From Sediminitomix flava (GTDB lineage Bacteria > Bacteroidota > Bacteroidia > Cytophagales > Flammeovirgaceae): a stretch of DNA of 64,000 bases. Position numbers and translations under genes: made by a program. Below, one piece after another: positions 56,766 through 64,000 of the stretch; positions within the stretch are counted from its first letter, which is position 1; each line of letters begins with the position of its first letter. The stretch is taken from the NCBI RefSeq assembly GCF_003149185.1, contig NZ_QGDO01000003.1, positions 576,379 to 640,378 of the forward strand, given 5' to 3'. The notes under the pieces are model-generated. The model was not told the origin of the DNA. It did no database searches and saw only the letters and a list, made by a program, of their open reading frames with translations.

Positions 56766-58997
56766 ATGTCATTAAGTAAGAATATAATTCGAGTAGGAAA
56801 AGCAGTTCTTGCACTATGGCTTACTACTGGACTGACTGCCTGTGAAACCCAACAAGATAACCAATCATTAATCCAATATGTAAACCCATTTATCGGCACA
56901 GGAGGACACGGACATACTTTCCCCGGTGCTACATTACCTTTTGGAGGAGTACAAGTTAGCCCTGTAAATGGACAGAGCGGTTGGGACTGGGTTTCTGGTT
57001 ACCATTATTCAGATTCATTGTTAGTTGGCTTTGGACATTTACACCTAAGTGGAACAGGTATCGGAGATTTAAACGATATTTTAATTCTACCTACAACACA
57101 AGCATATCCATTAGATGCTAAAATCAATCAAAGAGATAAATTACCTTACCTAGAAAAATATACCCATGCCAATGAAGTAGCTCAAGCAGGTTACTATAAA
57201 ACTCATTTGCTAAATAGCGACATTATTGCTGAAGTAACAGCAGGGAAAAGAGTAGGCTTTCACCAATGGACTTTTCCTGAAAATACACAAAAACCATCAG
57301 CTATCATTGACCTAGGTTTTGCAGTAAATTGGGATGGTGCAGTAGATACAGAATTTGAACAAGTAGATAAATATACGCTAAGAGGAAAAAGATTCTCAAA
57401 AGGTTGGGCAGAAGATCAACGTGTCTTTTTCCAAGTAAAAACTTCTGAGGAAGTAGAAAAAGTAGAGATCAATAAAGAAGGAAAACGTTTGGTTGCTCAA
57501 GTTTTCTTCAAAAACACCGATGAAAACAAGCAAGTACGAATTGCAGTTGGTATTTCTTCGGCTTCATATAATGGAGCACATTTAGCATTGCTAGAAGAAG
57601 CAAACAATTGGACTTTCGAAGAAAAGAAAAAAGAAGCACAATCAGTTTGGGAGAAAGCTTTAAATCAAGTGCAAATCACTAGCTCTGACGAAAAACAGAA
57701 AGAGATTTTCTATACAGCCCTTTATCATTCTAAAATAGCACCAGTAACTCACTCTGATGCAGAAGGCTTTTACAAAGGAGCAGATCATGAGGTTCATAAA
57801 ACAAAAGGTGGAGATTTCTATAGTACATTCTCTCTTTGGGATACTTTTAGAGCCGTGCATCCACTTTTTACCATTTTAGAACCTGAAAAATTCAATGCAG
57901 ATTTGATCAATTCAATGTTGGCACATTATGATCAAACAGGTATTCTTCCAGTTTGGGCATTGGCAGGTAACGAAACTAATTGTATGACAGGTTATCATTC
58001 TATGCCTGTACTTGCAGATGCAGTATTGAAAGGTATCAAAGGAATTGATGCAGAGAAAGTTTTTGAAGCAATGAAGGCAACTTCACTACAAGATGCCAGA
58101 GGACTAAAATTATATAAGGAATATGGTTTTATTCCTGCAGACCTTGAAGATGAGTCTGTAACTACAACCTTGGAATATGCTTATGATGATTGGTGCATAG
58201 CTCAAGTCGCGAAACATCTAGGTAAAGAAGAGGACTACAAAGTATACATGAAACGTTCGGAAGGTTATAAACCACTTTTCGATAAGGAAACAGGTTTTAT
58301 GAGAGGGCGACAAACGGATGGTACTTTCCGTACTCCTTTCGACCCTAAAGAAGCAAATCATAGAGAAAATACAGATTATACAGAAGGGAATGCATTCCAA
58401 CATTCTTGGTTTGTATTGCATGATGTTCAAGGTCTGATCAATATGTTTGGTTCAAACGAAGCATTTGTAGCGAAGCTTGATGAGTTATTTACAGAGAGTT
58501 CAGAAATTAGTGGGGAGCATGTATCTCCTGATATTTCTGGAATGATCGGTCAGTATGCACATGGCAATGAACCTTCACATCATATTGCTTACTTATATAA
58601 TTACGCAGGGCAGGCTTGGAAAACCCAAGAGAAAGTGAGAGAAATCCTTGAGACTCAATATGACAATACTCCTGACGGAATTAGTGGTAATGAAGACTGT
58701 GGTCAAATGTCTGCTTGGTATGTATTTAGTAGTGCAGGCTTGTACCCAGTAAACCCAGCAAATGGATATTATGATATAGGTAGTCCGTTATTTGAAAATG
58801 TAAAACTTAATACGTCTTCAGGGAAAACCTTCGAGATTATTTCTAATAATGTTTCTGATCAAAATATTTATATTCAATCTGCAAGTTTGAATGGAGAACC
58901 TTTAAATACTTACCGAATCTCCCACAAACAATTAATGAATGGAGGAACTTTAGTTCTTGAAATGGGACCAAAACCATTGAAAGAAATTAACCTCTAA
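56766..58997 (+). CDS. GH92-family alpha-mannosidase (lipoprotein)
   Basis: GFGHLHLSGTGIGD, HPLFTIL, GNEPSHHIAYLYNY and GNEDCGQMSAWY motifs. Confidence 0.85.
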   Translation: MSLSKNIIRVGKAVLALWLTTGLTACETQQDNQSLIQYVNPFIGTGGHGHTFPGATLPFGGVQVSPVNGQSGWDWVSGYHYSDSLLVGFGHLHLSGTGIGDLNDILILPTTQAYPLDAKINQRDKLPYLEKYTHANEVAQAGYYKTHLLNSDIIAEVTAGKRVGFHQWTFPENTQKPSAIIDLGFAVNWDGAVDTEFEQVDKYTLRGKRFSKGWAEDQRVFFQVKTSEEVEKVEINKEGKRLVAQVFFKNTDENKQVRIAVGISSASYNGAHLALLEEANNWTFEEKKKEAQSVWEKALNQVQITSSDEKQKEIFYTALYHSKIAPVTHSDAEGFYKGADHEVHKTKGGDFYSTFSLWDTFRAVHPLFTILEPEKFNADLINSMLAHYDQTGILPVWALAGNETNCMTGYHSMPVLADAVLKGIKGIDAEKVFEAMKATSLQDARGLKLYKEYGFIPADLEDESVTTTLEYAYDDWCIAQVAKHLGKEEDYKVYMKRSEGYKPLFDKETGFMRGRQTDGTFRTPFDPKEANHRENTDYTEGNAFQHSWFVLHDVQGLINMFGSNEAFVAKLDELFTESSEISGEHVSPDISGMIGQYAHGNEPSHHIAYLYNYAGQAWKTQEKVREILETQYDNTPDGISGNEDCGQMSAWYVFSSAGLYPVNPANGYYDIGSPLFENVKLNTSSGKTFEIISNNVSDQNIYIQSASLNGEPLNTYRISHKQLMNGGTLVLEMGPKPLKEINL

Positions 58998-59035
58998 AAC
59001 GGTAAGACAAACTTTAACCTAAGAATTTATAAAAG

Positions 59036-59794
59036 ATGACAACACGATTAGAAATATGTTCATATTCGGTAGAGTCGGCAATTAAGGCTCAAAGCGGTGG
59101 AGCTGACCGAATAGAACTATGTGGTGGGAGATTAGAAGGAGGGACAACTCCAAGCTATGGAATGATTCAGCAAGCTCGAAAATATATCCATGTTGATTTA
59201 CATACGATCATTCGTCCTAGAGGTGGTGATTTTGTGTATTCAGAACTTGAATTTGAGGAAATGGTTCAAGACATCAGAATGGCCAAAAATATTGGTTGTG
59301 ATGGTGTAGTAATCGGTTCTTTAACAATAGATGGAAAAGTTGATATTGAAGGGAACAAACGCTTGATCAAAGAAGCAAGGCCAATGAAAGTGACATTTCA
59401 TAGAGCATTTGATATGGTAGATAATCCTTCTGAAGCACTTGAGGAATTGATAAACTTAGGCGTAGATGGAGTGTTAACTTCTGGGCAATGTATGACTGCC
59501 GAAGAAGGAATCGAACTAATAGCAGATTTAGCAAAGCAAGCTGCAGGTCGAATAGATATTATACCCGCAAGTGGAATTAACCCGAGTAATGTACAACGAA
59601 TTCAGAGTGAAGGTGGGGTGAATTGGATGCATTCTTCCGCATCTGTTACTGTAGAAAGTAAGATGAGATACAGAAATAATTCCGTTACGATGAGTAAAGA
59701 GTCTCGTTCATCTGAGTTTGAAATTACTGCAGTTGATGAAGAAACAGTAAAAGCAATGAAGAAGGCTTTGTTTGTTTATTCGAATACTATTTGA
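59036..59794 (+). CDS. cutC: CutC-family TIM-barrel protein
   Basis: N-terminal LEICSYSVESAIKAQSGGADRIELC, characteristic of CutC. Confidence 0.7.
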   Translation: MTTRLEICSYSVESAIKAQSGGADRIELCGGRLEGGTTPSYGMIQQARKYIHVDLHTIIRPRGGDFVYSELEFEEMVQDIRMAKNIGCDGVVIGSLTIDGKVDIEGNKRLIKEARPMKVTFHRAFDMVDNPSEALEELINLGVDGVLTSGQCMTAEEGIELIADLAKQAAGRIDIIPASGINPSNVQRIQSEGGVNWMHSSASVTVESKMRYRNNSVTMSKESRSSEFEITAVDEETVKAMKKALFVYSNTI

Positions 59795-59862
59795 TAGACA
59801 GATGACGTACAGACTTCAAATTTTTTCTGAGAACGAATAGATTTAAAAAGGATAGTGGATAA

Positions 59863-61107
59863 ATGAAAAAGTTACTTTTTTATATTCTCCCTCTAGTAGG
59901 CTTGTGTGTTGCATGCGGGCCAAAAGAGGTTCCTTCCATCGGAAGTAAAAGCTACCAAGTTTTTGACAAAGAGCATTTGTACTTTGATCCCGAAATCAAT
60001 AAAAATGGGATTCAAGTCAGTGAGACAGATCCATTTTATATAGAGTCGGGAAGGATCATGCTCAAAAAATTGACGATTCCGAAATTTGAAAGAGAAACAA
60101 AAGTCAAAATCACAGTAGAAGAAACCTCTGCAGGAGATCGTTGGGATAAATCTGGTTCTGTATTTATGATGCCTGCAAATGGTGTAAATATGTTGTCTGT
60201 AGCTAAGAAAGAGTATGAATTGAAAAATTCTGAAAATGCTGAAGAAACAGATAGTTTTCCAGGAATTATTGCAGAAGGAGAATATCAGCCAACAGTAGAG
60301 CTGATGCGTTTCATGACGCCATTTGGTGTTGGGTTCTACTCAGAGCAAGATACATCGAAGTACCCAAACAGAATGCCTGTTTATATTGATGGTTGGGCTA
60401 AAAAAGCCGTTTGGGAGCAAGATATTACACACCTTATTCCACTTTTGGAAGGTGAAATTTATGTAGGTGTTCATATAGACACATGGACAAAAGAAGGCTA
60501 CAATATCTCAGTTCGTTTGGATTTTGAAGAAAGTGAAAATGCTTACGAACCAGCAAGGAAGAGATGGGTAAGCCCAGTCATGAATACAGTAAGATACATA
60601 CCTCCCCAACGTGGCTGTGACCAGTTCCAACGTAAAGATGTTGGTACAACTGTAAATGTCCCTGCGGGTGCAAAAACTGTAAATATTGGCTATATCACCA
60701 CAGGTCACGGAGGGCACAGTGGCGGAGATGAGTTTGTTCCTACAGAAAATATTATAAAAGTAGATGATGAAATATTCCACAGTTTTACGCCTTGGCGAAC
60801 AGACTGTGCATCATTCAGAAGATTTAATCCTACTTCTGGGGTATGGTTGAAAAAACGAAAAGTAGATTATATCGACTGGGAGAAGAAAAAATACCAAACA
60901 AAAGAGATCGAGGAGCCAGAAGCATCTTCTGACCTTTCGAGGTCAAATTGGTGTCCGGGTTCAGACGTACCACCTCTTATTTTACCAATGAGCATTGGAT
61001 CGGGCGAGCATAAGATTACAGTCAGCATGCCAACGTCTCAAGTCCAAGCAGAGAATGAACACAATTTCTGGTTCGTATCCGCATATTTATTCGGCGAACT
61101 AAACTAA
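59863..61107 (+). CDS. PNGase F-like peptide-N-glycosidase lipoprotein (putative)
   Basis: Lipoprotein signal (LCVACG). SNWCPGSDVPPLILPM resembles the PNGase F AGWCPGMAVPTRIDVL motif. It sits inside the N-glycan PUL. Confidence 0.5.
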   Translation: MKKLLFYILPLVGLCVACGPKEVPSIGSKSYQVFDKEHLYFDPEINKNGIQVSETDPFYIESGRIMLKKLTIPKFERETKVKITVEETSAGDRWDKSGSVFMMPANGVNMLSVAKKEYELKNSENAEETDSFPGIIAEGEYQPTVELMRFMTPFGVGFYSEQDTSKYPNRMPVYIDGWAKKAVWEQDITHLIPLLEGEIYVGVHIDTWTKEGYNISVRLDFEESENAYEPARKRWVSPVMNTVRYIPPQRGCDQFQRKDVGTTVNVPAGAKTVNIGYITTGHGGHSGGDEFVPTENIIKVDDEIFHSFTPWRTDCASFRRFNPTSGVWLKKRKVDYIDWEKKKYQTKEIEEPEASSDLSRSNWCPGSDVPPLILPMSIGSGEHKITVSMPTSQVQAENEHNFWFVSAYLFGELN

Positions 61108-61259
61108 CAAATAAGGTGAATTCTAAATTAACCTTAATCTGATCTGGAGAGTAGTTTCGCCCCACTAATCTTTTCCTTTTATTAGGGAAGAATAGTTGGG
61201 GCAACTATGGTATAAAACAATGTTGACATCTGATTCAAGAAAAACACTTAACCTTCATC

Positions 61260-63845
61260 ATGAAAATACATCGCAACATATCTTTTTACCTGATATCCCT
61301 TTTTGCTCTCTTAGCTATAAGTTGCAGCTCTAAACAGCAGAAGATAGCTAAGCAAGAGATCGACCTAAATGCTGGATGGGAGTTCAAGCAGAGTTCGAAG
61401 GAAAAGTGGTATCCAGCTACAGTTCCGGGAACAGTTCATACAGATTTGTATGCCAATGACCTTATTCCCGATCCTTTTTACCGCCAAAATGAAAAAGATC
61501 TTCAGTGGATTGAAAATGAAGCATGGGAGTACAAAAAAACATTTGATGCCCCTGCTATAAAAAACAAAGATTTCAATTTTAGCCTTCAGTTTGATGGACT
61601 AGACACCTATGCAGATGTTTTTCTGAATGATAAAAAGATACTGAGTGCTGACAATATGTTTGTCGGTTATGAAAGTGAAGTAACTTCTTTGCTGAAAGAA
61701 AAAGGGAATGAACTCCGTATTCTTTTCCATTCTCCAATCAAAAAGACAGAAGGGTTGAGACAAAAAGCAGGCTTCGAATATCCTGCAGGAAATGACGCAA
61801 GTGAAGAAAAGCTAAGTGTTTATGCCCGAAAAGCACCTTATCATTATGGTTGGGATTGGGGACCTCGTTTTGTGACTTCCGGCATTTGGCGAGATGTGAA
61901 GTTGGTACAACGAAAAACAGCCACAATCAAAGACCTTCATATCATTCAAGAATCTTTGGATGAGCAAAAAGCAGAACTAGCCATAGAACTAGAAATAGAA
62001 GCCTTTAAAGCAATTGATGATGCTCAAGTTCAACTCCTTATTGGAGAAAAGAATGTGAACAGTAGCCAAAAAATTAGCTTGAAAGAAGGTTTAAACCAAT
62101 TGAAATTTAAAGCGCAGATCGATACGCCACAACTTTGGTGGCCCAATGGATTGGGAGAACAACATCGTTATGAAATTTCAGCTCGACTTTTCCAAGCTGA
62201 TGAACAACTTGATGAAAATGTTCAAAAGATAGGTCTCAGAACAATTGAGGTTGTCAATGAGCCAGATAGCATAGGAGAAAGTTTCTATGTCAAAGTCAAC
62301 GGACAGCCTGTTTTCATGAAAGGTGTCAACTACATTCCTCAAGATAGTTTCCTTCCTTCTGTAACCAAAGAGCGTTACGATTGGATGTTTGAAAGTATGA
62401 TAGATGCCAACATGAATATGGTTCGTGTATGGGGTGGAGGAATTTATGAAGATGATTATTTCTATGAGCTATGTGACGAAAAAGGATTGCTTCTTTGGCA
62501 AGATTTTATGTTTGCTTGTACGATGTACCCCGGCGATGAAGATTTCTTGAAAAAAGTAGAAGAAGAAGCCATTTACAACATCAAGAGAATCCGTAACAGA
62601 CCATCTTTAGCCCTTTGGTGTGGAAACAACGAAATTCAAGTAGGATGGGAAAACTGGGGGTGGCAAACGGAGTTCAAATGGTCTGAAGGAGTACAGCAAA
62701 AGCTGATTTCAGATTACAATAAATTGTTCAAAGAGTTATTACCAAACTTGGTAAAAACACATGATGCCAACCGATTCTATTATCCTTCATCACCAATTAG
62801 TAACTGGGGAAATCTTGACGATTTCAAAATAGGAGATAACCACTACTGGGGAGTTTGGTGGGGTAAAAAAGAATTTGAGAGTTTCAAAGAATATGTACCT
62901 CGCTTTATGAGTGAGTTTGGTTTCCAATCATTCCCCGCAATGGAATCTATCAAAGCATTTTCTGAAGCAGAAGATTGGGATCTGAATTCTGATGTGATGA
63001 ATCAGCACCAAAAGAGTAGTATAGGTAATGTGACCATCAAAGAATACATGCAAAGGGATTATGAGGTTCCTTCAGACTTCCAAGATTTTGTATATGTAGG
63101 GCAATTACTCCAAGCAGAAGGAATGAAACTTGGTTTAGAAGTTCATCGCAGAAGAATGCCTTACTGTATGGGAACATTGTATTGGCAATTAAACGACTGT
63201 TGGCCTGCCGCATCTTGGTCTTCTATAGATTATTACGGAAAGTGGAAAGCACTTCATTATGCCGTTCGAGAGGCTTTCAGTACACAATTGGTCTCTACGG
63301 ATTTGGAAGGCGATCGCTTAAAAGTTTTTCTTGTAAATGATGAATGGCAAACAAAAGATGCACAACTACAAATCACTTGGAACGACTTTAAAGGCAACAT
63401 TCTGATGAAGAAAATTTCTGAATTAAAACTTGCCGCAAATTCAAGTGAAATCGTTATTGACAAACATCTGACAGAAGTGTTAGGGAAGTCAGTAAGTCCG
63501 ACAGAAAGACAAAATAGTTACCTCAAATTTGCCTTAGTCATTGACGGAAAAGAAGTGAGCAAAACATTTACTTTCCTAACAAAACCAAAGAATCAACAAT
63601 TACCAACGGTAAAAGTAGCAACTTCCATTATTGAAAAAGATGGAGAACTTTACGTCAAGTTAGCAACCGATGCTTTCACCACAGGTGTCGAAATCAGCTT
63701 TGACGGACAAAAAGAAATTCACCTTTCAGACAACTATTTCTATTTAGAAGCAAATGAAGAGAAACTCGTAAAAATCTCTCGTACTTCTTTAGATAAAGAG
63801 GATTTGAGCAAAATCATGAAAGTGAAGTGTCTGAATAATATTTGA
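61260..63845 (+). CDS. GH2-family beta-mannosidase
   Basis: Lipoprotein signal. GH2 sugar-binding N-terminus, NGQPVFMKGVNYIPQDSF, and the beta-mannosidase WCGNNE acid/base motif. Confidence 0.8.
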   Translation: MKIHRNISFYLISLFALLAISCSSKQQKIAKQEIDLNAGWEFKQSSKEKWYPATVPGTVHTDLYANDLIPDPFYRQNEKDLQWIENEAWEYKKTFDAPAIKNKDFNFSLQFDGLDTYADVFLNDKKILSADNMFVGYESEVTSLLKEKGNELRILFHSPIKKTEGLRQKAGFEYPAGNDASEEKLSVYARKAPYHYGWDWGPRFVTSGIWRDVKLVQRKTATIKDLHIIQESLDEQKAELAIELEIEAFKAIDDAQVQLLIGEKNVNSSQKISLKEGLNQLKFKAQIDTPQLWWPNGLGEQHRYEISARLFQADEQLDENVQKIGLRTIEVVNEPDSIGESFYVKVNGQPVFMKGVNYIPQDSFLPSVTKERYDWMFESMIDANMNMVRVWGGGIYEDDYFYELCDEKGLLLWQDFMFACTMYPGDEDFLKKVEEEAIYNIKRIRNRPSLALWCGNNEIQVGWENWGWQTEFKWSEGVQQKLISDYNKLFKELLPNLVKTHDANRFYYPSSPISNWGNLDDFKIGDNHYWGVWWGKKEFESFKEYVPRFMSEFGFQSFPAMESIKAFSEAEDWDLNSDVMNQHQKSSIGNVTIKEYMQRDYEVPSDFQDFVYVGQLLQAEGMKLGLEVHRRRMPYCMGTLYWQLNDCWPAASWSSIDYYGKWKALHYAVREAFSTQLVSTDLEGDRLKVFLVNDEWQTKDAQLQITWNDFKGNILMKKISELKLAANSSEIVIDKHLTEVLGKSVSPTERQNSYLKFALVIDGKEVSKTFTFLTKPKNQQLPTVKVATSIIEKDGELYVKLATDAFTTGVEISFDGQKEIHLSDNYFYLEANEEKLVKISRTSLDKEDLSKIMKVKCLNNI

Positions 63846-64000
63846 TAGTATTGAGACGGGAAAGAATAGATATGAAAGTTTTTTTTCATGTAAACCATTC
63901 AATCTCAGTAGGTATTTAATTTCTTGTTCAAATGTCTGTGTTCATTTCTTTCCTTGATGAAAGAAACGAACCAAAGAAAATCAAGCCACATAAAAAACGG

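Noticed and set aside
1-64000. Mobile element, prophage or genomic island
   Set aside because: No integrase, transposase, recombinase, phage structural gene or flanking direct repeats was seen. Base composition looks uniform across the window.

Overview
This is a low-GC, gene-dense chromosomal window from a Bacteroidota genome. The assignment rests on SusC/SusD, a T9SS C-terminal sorting domain, bshB1, a Bacteroidetes-type pssA and multiple GH92s. The first ~29 kb is mostly core housekeeping: partial RluA, miaA, acyl-ACP thioesterase, pssA, citrate synthase, topA, sucC, lpxK, an ECF sigma factor, bshB1 and a type III PKS. Two accessory regions stand out. (1) At 29.1-39.1 kb a WYL-domain regulator is transcribed divergently from an SPFH/band-7, PF10127-like (RlaP-type) nucleotidyltransferase and RtcB RNA-ligase operon. 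The 600-bp divergent intergenic region holds three tandem tRNA T-arm motifs (GGTTCGAATCC), D-arm-like hairpins and one nearly complete anticodon-less cloverleaf. None closes into a canonical tRNA, so these could be pseudo-tRNAs or a Y-RNA-like RNA. A 1429-aa SNF2 ATPase with a 950-aa unknown N-terminus follows. I consider this a candidate RNA-damage sensing and repair module and the most interesting part of the window. (2) At 41.1-63.9 kb there is an N-glycan (high-mannose) utilisation locus. It holds four GH92 alpha-mannosidases (one with a discoidin tail), a glycosylasparaginase, a DeoR regulator, SusC/SusD, a CutC-family TIM-barrel, a PNGase F-like lipoprotein (WCPG motif) and a GH2 beta-mannosidase. 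I saw no CRISPR arrays, rRNA, transposases or integrases. All annotations come from reading motifs in the provided translations and sequence; no database searches were run.
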